Assembly (NCBI GenBank): GCA_043818055.1
Contig: JBDRGF010000029.1
Coordinates: forward strand, 1 to 31,885
Source of the DNA: Pseudomonadota bacterium
GTDB taxonomy: Bacteria > UBA10199 > 2-02-FULL-44-16 > JBDRGF01
Length of the DNA: 31,885 bases
Direction: 5' to 3'
Shown here: one piece after another, positions 1 to 9,655 of the stretch
How positions within the stretch are numbered: position 1 is the first letter of the stretch
Layout: each line of letters begins with the position of its first letter
Program-made: the position numbers and the translations under genes
The notes under the pieces: model-generated
What the model was told of the DNA's origin: nothing
Seen by the model: only the letters and a program-made list of their open reading frames with translations
Database searches by the model: none

Positions 1-245
1 AATCTTTGTTCGCGACTGGCCCATGCCTTGTCGATCAATTTTCTTCGCTCATCTAAAGTGCGTGCTTTTTTCCACTCATCAGGGGAGATCATCTCACCAA
101 TCTCCGGTTGAATTTCGATTGGCGGATAGGGGGCTTTGAGCCAGTGACACATAGGATCCTGCTGTTCATCGCATGGTTCATCTGTTTGGTGCGACGCGCA
201 ACCTACGATCAATATGGTAATCAAGATTGTAATGAGTTGAGCCAT
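1..245 (-). CDS. Putative lipoprotein, partial (runs off the left edge; not in the ORF track)
   Basis: Manual translation from the ATG at 245 gives MAQLITILITILIVGCASHQTDEPCDEQQDPMCHWLKAPYPP..., open to the window edge. It has a hydrophobic stretch with an IVG-C lipobox and an AAGGA RBS upstream. Confidence 0.65.
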   Translation of the reverse strand, partial: MAQLITILITILIVGCASHQTDEPCDEQQDPMCHWLKAPYPPIEIQPEIGEMISPDEWKKARTLDERRKLIDKAWASREQR

Positions 246-468
246 TCAGCAATTCCTTTGCTGTTCAGAAATCGGAAAGTGTTTTTAATAAAATAATCTC
301 TAAAGTCAACAGGTTAGAGGTTATGGGGAGGATCTGTCAAGATTCTTATTGTGAGCAGGAACAAAAAATAATTATCGAGGTTAAAGTATAAAAACCTTGT
401 CACTCTTCAAAAACCGTGTCAATTTGTATTTGCCGATCTGGAGCCTTAAAAATAACCAAAAATAGTTA

Positions 469-495
469 GCAACATTTTTCAGTACATGCCGATAA
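469..495 (+). promoter_or_regulatory. Sigma28 (FliA/WhiG)-like promoter upstream of the J-domain cluster
   Basis: GCAAC-N15-CCGATAA, with a perfect GCCGATAA -10 at 488-495. The same GCAAC-N15-CCGATA geometry recurs at 27859-27885 (-). Confidence 0.55.
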
Positions 496-548
496 AAAGC
501 CAAGATTTGAATTTTAATTTAATCAGTAAATAACTAAAGGAGGAATGT

Positions 549-2648
549 ATGAGTTTTGTAAAACCACCCAGTCTGTTCACCGCACAAGCGATGAAAACAC
601 CACAAACACTTGGAACGGCTTTTAATATGGCTGTCAAAGGTGTGTTTTCCCAAGGCCAAAGTAATCTCTGGCTGGATAGCGACAGCGATCAAGGCAAGGC
701 AATTATTGGATTAGGCTCTGACCTCTATCAGATAGCTAATACGTTGAGGACTATAGACTTTGATTCAGGCAATGAACTGCAGAAACGCGTAAAGCTATTC
801 GCAGTCATTGATGGAGAGATGCATGAAGGTTCGTTAAATGTGCAAAGAGTAAAAACGAACGCAACGCAGATCGAGGAGTTGCTTATAGGTATCAAAGAGG
901 AATCCTTTGAGGAGCTGACAAAGAAAATGGCAGATCAGATGGTCGATGGTGGTGCGAGCGTTCATACAGAATTGTCCGCTTCCGTAGTTCCTTCACTAGA
1001 GGGGGGCTTTGAAATGCCAGATATCGTAATTGGAGGTGAGGAGTTGGATTTGGAATTGGGTCATGTCCATCCTCGTGTTGAAGATCCGAGCAAACGGATT
1101 CCAATCAACATGCCGGTTGTTGATCAGGCAAGGACCACTTTAACAACTGCTATCGACAGTTATTTAAAGGGTCGTAGTTATTCCTCACAACAGGTACAGC
1201 AGGTGAGAGCTCATTTTGAAGCGCTCGTCAGTGGAGAGATCGATGCGGCAGCTATGGATCGACTTGCAGTGATTAAGTTTATGGCTAAAGGAGTTGGGCA
1301 TTCATTGGGTTATGCTGAACAGCTACTTTCCGAGGCTATGATGGCTGAGTTGCTTGGTGAGGAGTTAATTACACTTATCCCAGACTTGGGTGATGTGATG
1401 CCGAAGGATGTTTCAGCCTTGGTGGCTGAGCTTGCTAAAGAGAAAAAGGAAAAGGAGAGAGCTGATAGGGCTCAGCCCGTCGTTGGTTCTCCTCGAGAGT
1501 TGCTCAGGAAACTCAAAGTTCTTGCAGCTGATCACCCAGAGGTGATGGCTGCTCTGATCGAAGCTAATCCTGGTGCATATGGAGATCTAAGCCTTTTAGA
1601 CAGTCTTCCCGGGTTTCTAGAGGCTACATCCCCTCAAACTGGTAGAAATAAAGCGAGGGAATTTGCCGAGGCTCAGGCTGTTGATTTTATCCCAAACGGT
1701 TTTATAGGGGGAGACAAAGTGAGTTTCAATGTCTCTGATCTACTTCCAACCTCCGGTGTCCCTGCCACTGTGCAGGGTAGAGTGATTGATATTTATCTAG
1801 CCTCATCAAATTATGAAAAGGCCTTGGCAACGCGAGTTGACGATTCCAAGTATCCACTTGAGGATAGGCTCAATGTGTTATTGAGGGATTTAAACGTCAA
1901 CTCTTCCTATGTACAGAAAATTGTCGAAATAAAGGATATGATGAGTAAGGATTTTACTCTGGCAAGGGTTGCATATTTACGACTCAAACTGGGTATGATG
2001 AAGAATGCGATGGATCGTGTTAACGCTGAAGGTATTACAGCAATGAATCAACTGCATGATCGATTTAACACGATGATCGAACAGGGATCTTACTCAGAGG
2101 CTGAAGTCCTTCTCAATTACGCTAAAGGTTGGTTGGAAAAGATGGAAGAGAAACTTGCAGAAGTTAGAGAGACGATTGTAAACATCCTTATGATAGGAGA
2201 TCGAGATGCAGCAACCCAGTTTGAACAGTATGCCAAGGGATTTTTGAAGGCTGAGGATTATACTGGATTGAAGCAGTTCGTTAAGAGGATTTATGAGGAG
2301 TGTAAACCTCTCGAAATAATACTAAGTGCAAGGTCTGGACTTTTGCATCAACGCGTTACAGGTACTGCTGTAACGTTAATTGAATCGATCCGTACACTCG
2401 CACTCGCATCTGCCACAGATGTAAAGATGCTGGCAGCAAAGATTCCATCAGTAGAGGCTCAGCTTCGGTTTGGGGCAACGGGTCCAGACGCTGCAAGAGC
2501 AAATCTTCGTGAGTGGGGAATACCAGTCCCAGGTGACAAGGATGTAGCTGCATTGGGAACGGCTGGAGTAGCAGGCTACTTGCCAGAAGCAATGCGCAAA
2601 GATCGACTCCTGGCTGATGGAAACGGTACAGCTGGTGAAAAGAAATAG
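549..2648 (+). CDS. Hypothetical protein, 699 aa, helix-rich C-terminal half; first gene of the cluster
   Basis: Long ORF with a strong AAGGAGG RBS, ending 2 nt before the next gene. No recognisable family motif. Confidence 0.85.
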   Translation: MSFVKPPSLFTAQAMKTPQTLGTAFNMAVKGVFSQGQSNLWLDSDSDQGKAIIGLGSDLYQIANTLRTIDFDSGNELQKRVKLFAVIDGEMHEGSLNVQRVKTNATQIEELLIGIKEESFEELTKKMADQMVDGGASVHTELSASVVPSLEGGFEMPDIVIGGEELDLELGHVHPRVEDPSKRIPINMPVVDQARTTLTTAIDSYLKGRSYSSQQVQQVRAHFEALVSGEIDAAAMDRLAVIKFMAKGVGHSLGYAEQLLSEAMMAELLGEELITLIPDLGDVMPKDVSALVAELAKEKKEKERADRAQPVVGSPRELLRKLKVLAADHPEVMAALIEANPGAYGDLSLLDSLPGFLEATSPQTGRNKAREFAEAQAVDFIPNGFIGGDKVSFNVSDLLPTSGVPATVQGRVIDIYLASSNYEKALATRVDDSKYPLEDRLNVLLRDLNVNSSYVQKIVEIKDMMSKDFTLARVAYLRLKLGMMKNAMDRVNAEGITAMNQLHDRFNTMIEQGSYSEAEVLLNYAKGWLEKMEEKLAEVRETIVNILMIGDRDAATQFEQYAKGFLKAEDYTGLKQFVKRIYEECKPLEIILSARSGLLHQRVTGTAVTLIESIRTLALASATDVKMLAAKIPSVEAQLRFGATGPDAARANLREWGIPVPGDKDVAALGTAGVAGYLPEAMRKDRLLADGNGTAGEKK

Positions 2649-2650
2649 TT

Positions 2651-5092
2651 ATGAGTCACCTACTGCTGAGGTCATTTCTTGTCGGACCGGCCTCTTCCAG
2701 GCCTCAACTGGCGGCGCAACTCTTGAGCGATGAAAGTAATACTTCACACTTAAGGGTTGCGTTGACAGGACTCTCACATTTAATAAAAAATGAACCTCCA
2801 TTTTCAGAGGTGCAAAGCTCCTTTGAAAGTGGATTCATGGCGTTTCAAACAGCGCTGGATAAAAAATCTCCATCGAGGAAATTGGCTCAAGGTATCGTTC
2901 AGAGGAAATTAGCTCCCATTATATCCGGCCTGTCCGATCAAGCCTGGAGGTCGATGCTTCGTCGCTTCAGCAGCCTCGAAGATGTCAAATCCGATTTGGG
3001 TGATACACTGCAAAATGTATGGATGCCCCGGATCGTTGTTGAGGGAAAGGAAAAAAGACGCATCGCTGAAGTTGAAGCTCTGATGACCCAAACCTTAAGG
3101 GGGATGCTTTCGCTCTCCGTATATAATAATTATAGCCCGAGGGAATGGAACGAGACGCTATTTAAGTCAGGGCTGATTGAGGCGAGTGAAGTGAAGGTTG
3201 AGGTCGAAATTCTCAAGCCCGGCGAAGATGAAGTTCTGATCCAGGTAAGTTGGAATAGAATGAAAGATGGATCACCTGTTATCAGATTTGCCTGTCATCC
3301 AAAAGTCGAATTGACGCGAGAGCTCTTTGCCACTGCGGTCATGAGGGGCCTCCGATTGAAGCCTCTGAGTAACTATTTTAAGATTAGAGGGAAGGATCTT
3401 GCTCAGGAGGATTCAACCCCGCTTAAGCAGGATATCTCATTCTTCAAGGATCTCTTTCATGGTAACCTTTTGCCAGAGGGCGCTAACGCAGTTTTGACAA
3501 AGGTGCAGAGGAAATTGATCCTGAGAAATGAGTTTGTTGAATTAAAAAATGCATTCGGATTGGTTAAGATATCTCAAAAGATGAGAGATTTTTTGATATC
3601 TCAGCTAGACTCCCTTCAATTGCGCCTGAGAGTTCACTCTGTCGAAGATGAGGGTAAAAACATCGAGGGAGTGACCACATCGTTTCGTAAGGGATATATA
3701 TACATGAACGATTCTGATGCGCGCAAGGATGATACTCTCTTTGTAGATTTTAAGCTTTCCAATTTGGTGCGCGATACGCTCACTGAGAACGAAGTCTGGA
3801 TAGTTTTAGCCCGTGCTTTTTCAATGTGGGTGTGGAGGGGAAAAGAGGAGGGTAGCTCAAAGATCGATTTTCATATGAAGGATTCATCTGCATTGGAACC
3901 GACCCCGACCTTATGCATCTCTCCAACCCTCCCCCCCCTTTCGACCCATCCCGATGTTTCTAACAGAAAAGTTGCTGAATATCACAAAATTATAAATTGG
4001 CTTTCCGCAATCGATGAAGAGAGTGTCGGTAAATTTTCCGGCCTCAAAGAATTAAAACCCTTTTTTCAGGAGATCGGTTTGGCCGGTTTTAGATACAAAC
4101 TCATTCTATTAGAATGGATAAATAAGGAGCTTGAGAGGTGGAACGACGTCTTTATGAAACGAATCGGTGAGGGTTTTTATTCCTGGGAAATGCTTGTTTT
4201 TAGAGATTTTAAGGATCTTCTTTCGATATCGCCTTTTCAAATGTTGGAGCTTTTTAATATGATTATGAATGATTGTACATCTGGTGCACATAGAACTAGA
4301 GGCCCTCAAAACTTCAAAGTAAAATTTAATCGCAATGTAACGACTGTAAATAGAGGTGAGAAGGTGCCGTGGACATGGTTGCGACTTCTCTGGAGCTATG
4401 AAAACTTCCCTGACAGTTCCTCCGCACAAAATAAGATTCAGATTTTAGGAGATAGGGCTCAGGAGCTTGGACTTCCAATGGGCAGGGCGCTTAAAAGGGT
4501 TCTTTATTCCCTGATGAGTTCTGGAGAGATGAAGAATTTCAATAGAATGACCTTTGCTGTTGACTATGTGGATGCAAAAAATCAACTTGCAGGAGTATGG
4601 GAATTAAGAAAAGCTGATGCAAATAATGTTTCGATACTCTCAGGGGCAAAAGGAAAATTGATACACTTCGACGGATATCCAAATCTGGACGATAAAACCT
4701 GGGACAGGGTGATGCGCCTTGCTCTCAGGGCACCTGAGGGATATTCCTGGATGCGTCTTGGAAAGGTGTTGCTGACAAACCGGCCAGAACTGATAGCTGA
4801 AACAGGAAATGAAGAGTGGTATATGCTGAGTGCCGGATATAAAGGAGCGCAGCCGGATATTCGTTCTCAATATCGCCTTGCATTAGACCTTGTTCGGGAG
4901 GTCTCTGTCGCAGCTGGATTTGATTCACCCACACCCCAGTCGACTCACGATGAGATACGTTCGCTCTACCGAAGTCTTGCAAAGGTTTACCATCCCGACA
5001 GGAGAGGTACGGATAAGGATGTAGATGGTCTCTTCAATAGTCTGCAGGAGGCTTTTAACATTATGGAAAAGCTTCATCCTAAGGTGGGATGA
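2651..5092 (+). CDS. Large protein with C-terminal J-domain, type A paralog 1 (YHPD)
   Basis: C-terminus STHDEIRSLYRSLAKVYHPDRRGTDKDVDGLFNSLQEAFNIM matches J-domain helices II-III with HPD. Homologous along its length to 18484-20988 (LVGPAS, WTWLRL.W.YE, MRLAL.APEG.SW, TNRPELIAE). Confidence 0.85.
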   Translation: MSHLLLRSFLVGPASSRPQLAAQLLSDESNTSHLRVALTGLSHLIKNEPPFSEVQSSFESGFMAFQTALDKKSPSRKLAQGIVQRKLAPIISGLSDQAWRSMLRRFSSLEDVKSDLGDTLQNVWMPRIVVEGKEKRRIAEVEALMTQTLRGMLSLSVYNNYSPREWNETLFKSGLIEASEVKVEVEILKPGEDEVLIQVSWNRMKDGSPVIRFACHPKVELTRELFATAVMRGLRLKPLSNYFKIRGKDLAQEDSTPLKQDISFFKDLFHGNLLPEGANAVLTKVQRKLILRNEFVELKNAFGLVKISQKMRDFLISQLDSLQLRLRVHSVEDEGKNIEGVTTSFRKGYIYMNDSDARKDDTLFVDFKLSNLVRDTLTENEVWIVLARAFSMWVWRGKEEGSSKIDFHMKDSSALEPTPTLCISPTLPPLSTHPDVSNRKVAEYHKIINWLSAIDEESVGKFSGLKELKPFFQEIGLAGFRYKLILLEWINKELERWNDVFMKRIGEGFYSWEMLVFRDFKDLLSISPFQMLELFNMIMNDCTSGAHRTRGPQNFKVKFNRNVTTVNRGEKVPWTWLRLLWSYENFPDSSSAQNKIQILGDRAQELGLPMGRALKRVLYSLMSSGEMKNFNRMTFAVDYVDAKNQLAGVWELRKADANNVSILSGAKGKLIHFDGYPNLDDKTWDRVMRLALRAPEGYSWMRLGKVLLTNRPELIAETGNEEWYMLSAGYKGAQPDIRSQYRLALDLVREVSVAAGFDSPTPQSTHDEIRSLYRSLAKVYHPDRRGTDKDVDGLFNSLQEAFNIMEKLHPKVG

Positions 5093-5107
5093 ACCGGAGA
5101 ATTAAAA

Positions 5108-7330
5108 ATGGCAATTCACCCAAAATTACGCACTGCAAATCCTTTTAAGGAGCTTCAGGGTGTTATACAAACTTCTTCGCGGTTTGCCCATCTCGGCGCA
5201 CATCTTGATAAGATAGATACGCCAGAGGGGGGATTTCAGTTGGCCCCTCAAGTCTTTGCCAATATCACACAAGGCGCTGCTAAAATTTCACCCTGGTTTG
5301 CAAGCGCTCTTGTAAATGTTGAAGCACAAGCAGCACAAGCAGACAATGCGCATGTTATGAATAGGGTTGTTGCAGGCTGTAAAGCGATTTTTACAAAGCG
5401 TGAGGGTGAGAAGGGCTTATTTATAGAAGCTCCTCTTCCTATTGAACTCGATGTATTAAAATCTGAGCTGATGAAGGCGAACGATCCTGAGATACAGAAC
5501 GATTGGTTTTTGGAGGGAATTTACAGGCTTGGTGTCATTCCAAGGAATCAGATTTCAAATGGGATTCAGATGCTAAGAGAACGGGTCGATTTTTTATGTT
5601 CTATCTTTCTTCATCCTACGGATGATAGAGAGTTTTCAATCAACTGTAAAAATCCAAGCAAGAGTAGAATTGATATTGAAGTCGATGTCCCCCTGAGTGT
5701 GAAAGAATTGTCAGGAGAGGATTTGCAGAATATAGCTGCGCGTGCTCTGACCTTTTATGTGATCAAAAAATATTTAGCCAGCGATGCAAGAGGGGCTTTT
5801 TCGACATTTATGGATCGGAAGATTACAACCTTGCCTTCGTTCGCACATGTGAAGCCTGAACTGGAATCGATAACATACCCCGGAATAACTTTTTATACCA
5901 ATTCCATTTTTAAGAGCGAAAGGACTGTCAATTCACTTCATATGATGTTGTCGTGGCTCTTCGGTTGTGTGGGTTGTCACAATGTTCTTAAATTGTCCGA
6001 TGGTATATCTTCAAAAGTTCTTCAAACAAATGATAGTACGGAAGCAGCAATTAGAAAGAATATTTCCCGTCTAAAGAAAAATGCGGATTTTGAAAGCTAT
6101 TGGAAACATTTGGTTAGCGGATCCGGAATGCTGGAAACGATCGCACAGCCGATGACTAAATTACCGATTCCACCATATGGCATAACAATCAGAATCGATG
6201 ATAGCAAAGAGGGTATTGGGATAAGCCTCTCCGGAAATGAAGTTCAGAGGAATGTTTCTTTTCACCTCTCGCTAGATCATGACACCTTGAGTAAAATGAA
6301 GAGTGAGGATTTTCTTCGCTTGTTATGGCGAATCTCATCATTGCAACATAATAGACGACGTGATTTATCTTTCCATAGAGATTTTATTCGCACCGATTCT
6401 ATCGGTGATTACGAATTACTGAAAATGAGGCTGGGGGATTATACTGGAGAGAGACTTACTTTAGAAGATTTAAGAGATGAGATCGATTTTATGAGGGACG
6501 AGAGGAGAGATTTTGCCTACATGTTGCTTCTCTTTCAACATTATCAATTCAGTCAGTCCTCAGAGAGAGATTTAAATCGGATTCAGGTTAAAGGAAATCT
6601 AAAACTATCCTCGCAGAAGTCGTTTGCAACTGTTCTCAAAGCGATAGGGTCCTTTCTAAAAATTGATACTCAGGAGTCTGCTAAGGTTGCGTGGGAGGGT
6701 GTTATGAAGATGCGCTCCTGGTTTCTGGGAGAGGGAGAATCATCCGATGATGCAACTATTGTAGAGGTCACTCCGGTTAATGAGAGCGACGTGATTATAT
6801 TTATCAAGGGTAATTCGTGGAATCTGACTTCGCTCGATTGGTTGTTTGTGTTGTGCTCAGTAACTGCGAATGGCGATAGGTCGATACGTATCGGTATAAA
6901 TAAGAAGAGTCGCGAGATTGTCAACGGGGGATCGCACAAATTGGCAGAACTTCTGTATAATACTATCGCATCGAATCCGCTTTTTAGTCCATATAATTTA
7001 TACGATAAAGGCGCAAAAAAACCTCCCCACATCGATCTAGAGTTGCCGGGAGGAATTCGTGTCTCAGAGAATCCCAATTTTGTTAACGCGAAGGTTGAAG
7101 ATCAAAGAGCCTATCTGAGCGCTTTGCGATGGTTTGCTCAATCGGATGTCCCGGATGGATGGCAGCCGAAGGCGAACGATTCGGAATCTACTATAAAGAG
7201 TAAATTTCGCCAGATGGCGAAGGCGTGGCATCCGGATTTGAATAGAGCAACGCCGGAGCAGATGAAAATGTTCACTAAAGCACAGGATCGTTGGAGCGTT
7301 GTTCAGAGCATGCATGCCGGTATGAAATAA
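5108..7330 (+). CDS. Large protein with C-terminal J-domain, type B paralog 1 (WHPD)
   Basis: C-terminus DSESTIKSKFRQMAKAWHPDLNR. Carries the family motifs LDWLFVL, ANG, IDLELPGG and ALRWF..SDVP..WQP.AN. Confidence 0.85.
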   Translation: MAIHPKLRTANPFKELQGVIQTSSRFAHLGAHLDKIDTPEGGFQLAPQVFANITQGAAKISPWFASALVNVEAQAAQADNAHVMNRVVAGCKAIFTKREGEKGLFIEAPLPIELDVLKSELMKANDPEIQNDWFLEGIYRLGVIPRNQISNGIQMLRERVDFLCSIFLHPTDDREFSINCKNPSKSRIDIEVDVPLSVKELSGEDLQNIAARALTFYVIKKYLASDARGAFSTFMDRKITTLPSFAHVKPELESITYPGITFYTNSIFKSERTVNSLHMMLSWLFGCVGCHNVLKLSDGISSKVLQTNDSTEAAIRKNISRLKKNADFESYWKHLVSGSGMLETIAQPMTKLPIPPYGITIRIDDSKEGIGISLSGNEVQRNVSFHLSLDHDTLSKMKSEDFLRLLWRISSLQHNRRRDLSFHRDFIRTDSIGDYELLKMRLGDYTGERLTLEDLRDEIDFMRDERRDFAYMLLLFQHYQFSQSSERDLNRIQVKGNLKLSSQKSFATVLKAIGSFLKIDTQESAKVAWEGVMKMRSWFLGEGESSDDATIVEVTPVNESDVIIFIKGNSWNLTSLDWLFVLCSVTANGDRSIRIGINKKSREIVNGGSHKLAELLYNTIASNPLFSPYNLYDKGAKKPPHIDLELPGGIRVSENPNFVNAKVEDQRAYLSALRWFAQSDVPDGWQPKANDSESTIKSKFRQMAKAWHPDLNRATPEQMKMFTKAQDRWSVVQSMHAGMK

Positions 7331-7353
7331 TTAATTTATAATGGAGATGAAAT

Positions 7354-9618
7354 ATGGCAATAATTGGAAAGCTATTCCCAAAATATTTTGGCACGCTTCA
7401 AAAGGCTATGAGTGAAACTCAGTTCTCATCTCTGGCTCCGCAACTCGATTCGTTTCCCAAGGATGGTGTCGATCTGCAGCGCGCATCTCAGATACTCTCT
7501 GAAATCACCCATGGAATTGCAGCACGGTCCCCCGCTTTTGGATCTGTTCTCATGAATCATGCTGCACATGCTGAGTCTGTTAAGACTGTTGGCGCCATGT
7601 ATGATGTCATTAACTATTATACTAAGGCGATGAGCCGAATGGATGAATATCGGGAAGGGCGAAATCCTCCGATTTCATTCGACAGATTTCGGGCTTTGAT
7701 GCTTAAAATAAACAGCGAGGAAGACCAATTCCAATGGTTTAAAGAGGGATTGCAGAGACTCGGAGTCTCTCATCCCGATCAGGTATTAGTTAATGTTCCA
7801 ATAAATAGAGGAAGACTGTATCTCTGTTCCATTTTTTTAATGCCCGGGGAAGGAAATCGCTTCTCAATCGATATCGATTTTCAGTCAAATGCGCATTATA
7901 AAATCTCCATTGCATTTCCAGCATCTGTGAAGAGTCTATCTGAGGATGACCTTCAGTTGATAGCCGCTCGTGGACTTCTGTTTCAGGCACTGAAGGACTT
8001 TGTTCCCAGAGAGCTCAAGGCGGGATTGACCAGCTTTTCACAAAGAGAAATTACAAAGATCCCGAGTGGGGTCTATCTCTTTCCGAAAATTAAGAATTTT
8101 TCTGAAAGGAGGATGTTTGCTACAGAGGATTATTTAAAAGGAGGAAGAAATTTTGATGGTTTGTATGATATCCTGCTTTGGTTTCTCCAGCTTAAACAGG
8201 TTAACGAGTCAATAGGTACATCGAAGACAACAGGTTCTACCATGCAAAGGTTTCGAGGCGATCTTCAATTTGCATTCTGTAGTAGCGAATATTTAAGTCT
8301 AAGAGTTCCAGATGAGAAAATGGCTGAAGGGTATGAATATTGGTATTCCCTCTTCACTGACATGAGGCTTGCTGATACGGTTTTTCAGCCCTCTCAATGT
8401 CTGCTTTCACCTCCTTATTATATGTTGCTTAAGCTTGTGAAGGGAAATTCCATCACTATAGCGTCCAGACCCCTTCCAGAGAAGAGGGGAACCTATATCG
8501 ATTTTGAGATAGGAAATTCAATTTTTTCCAGGATGGAGCCGATAGACTTTGTTAAGTTGATATGGCGAGCAACTGTAGTGGTGAAAAACGCTCAAAAGTG
8601 GATTCCACAAAACTTTGAAGCTGATAAAAATCCTCCCCTCACGCAGAAAGGTGTAACCCACGATTATCGATATTTTCAAATGAGTGGTCTTTTGTTTTGG
8701 GAACTCGATATATTGAAGGATCGTAAGGATAGAGGCGGGATTGAAACTATCACTCTTGAACAGCTGAGAGAGGGAGATGCGTTGATAGAGGATGAAAAAA
8801 AACAATTTGCCAGACTCAAGCTTCTCTTCGAACACTTTCAATTTTCGAAAAGTGGAGGCATAACACCGAATAAGATACAGATTCAGGGCGATTTGAAGGC
8901 TATTTCTCAGAGGTATTTCGCCACAGCTTTAAAGGTTGTTGGGGCACACCTTAAAACAGGTGTGCAGGATTCTGTTCAGGCTGTTTTGGAGAATCTTCTG
9001 AAGGGAAGAACCTGGTTGTTTGGTGAGACGGGCGAATCTCGCAATACTACAATTGTAGAGGTCAGCCCATCCACTGATACAACCTTTGTAATGGTGGAGG
9101 GTGATTCGATGGATCTGAATCCGCGGGATTGGCTCTTCACGCTCGCCGCAATAGCGGCGAATGGCGATAGGCCCATACGTGTTGGAATCAATGCCGCTCA
9201 TCGGGAGATTGTCCTTGGAGGCTATGAGAAATTGGTGCTGGAATTATACTCCTCTGTCGCATCGATGCGTCTCTATGACTCATTTGGATGCTTCGATCCG
9301 AAAGTCAAGGCCCCCAAAGATATCGATCTTGAACTCCCCGGGGGAGTTTCGGCTTCACTAAATTCAAACTTAGATGGTGCCAGCGCTGAGCAGAGAAAAG
9401 GATATATAAAAGCCCTGCGATGGTTTTCAATGTCAGATGTTCCGGACAAGTGGCAGCCGAGGGCGAATGAATCTGAGACTCAGATAAAGAAAAAATATCG
9501 GGCAATGATGATGGCGTGGCATTTCGACAGGGGTGAGGCAACGCCCGATCAAATCAACCTTGCGACAAGTGCGCAGCCCCATTGGGATGCAGTGCTGAAT
9601 ATGCATAAAGCTAAATAA
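7354..9618 (+). CDS. Type B paralog 2, J-like domain with HFD
   Basis: C-terminus ESETQIKKKYRAMMMAWHFDRG. Same family motifs; GGAG RBS. Confidence 0.85.
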   Translation: MAIIGKLFPKYFGTLQKAMSETQFSSLAPQLDSFPKDGVDLQRASQILSEITHGIAARSPAFGSVLMNHAAHAESVKTVGAMYDVINYYTKAMSRMDEYREGRNPPISFDRFRALMLKINSEEDQFQWFKEGLQRLGVSHPDQVLVNVPINRGRLYLCSIFLMPGEGNRFSIDIDFQSNAHYKISIAFPASVKSLSEDDLQLIAARGLLFQALKDFVPRELKAGLTSFSQREITKIPSGVYLFPKIKNFSERRMFATEDYLKGGRNFDGLYDILLWFLQLKQVNESIGTSKTTGSTMQRFRGDLQFAFCSSEYLSLRVPDEKMAEGYEYWYSLFTDMRLADTVFQPSQCLLSPPYYMLLKLVKGNSITIASRPLPEKRGTYIDFEIGNSIFSRMEPIDFVKLIWRATVVVKNAQKWIPQNFEADKNPPLTQKGVTHDYRYFQMSGLLFWELDILKDRKDRGGIETITLEQLREGDALIEDEKKQFARLKLLFEHFQFSKSGGITPNKIQIQGDLKAISQRYFATALKVVGAHLKTGVQDSVQAVLENLLKGRTWLFGETGESRNTTIVEVSPSTDTTFVMVEGDSMDLNPRDWLFTLAAIAANGDRPIRVGINAAHREIVLGGYEKLVLELYSSVASMRLYDSFGCFDPKVKAPKDIDLELPGGVSASLNSNLDGASAEQRKGYIKALRWFSMSDVPDKWQPRANESETQIKKKYRAMMMAWHFDRGEATPDQINLATSAQPHWDAVLNMHKAK

Positions 9619-9655
9619 AAGTTTGTTATTCAGGATGACGATATAAGGATGAACG

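Noticed and set aside
108..296. 62-aa plus-strand ORF
   Set aside because: TTG start with no RBS, and it overlaps the better supported minus-strand lipoprotein frame.
3947..3955. Second HPD tripeptide inside both type A proteins (STHPDV, SSHPDI)
   Set aside because: It is conserved but preceded by a Pro-rich segment rather than a basic helix II, so it is not supportable as a second J-domain.
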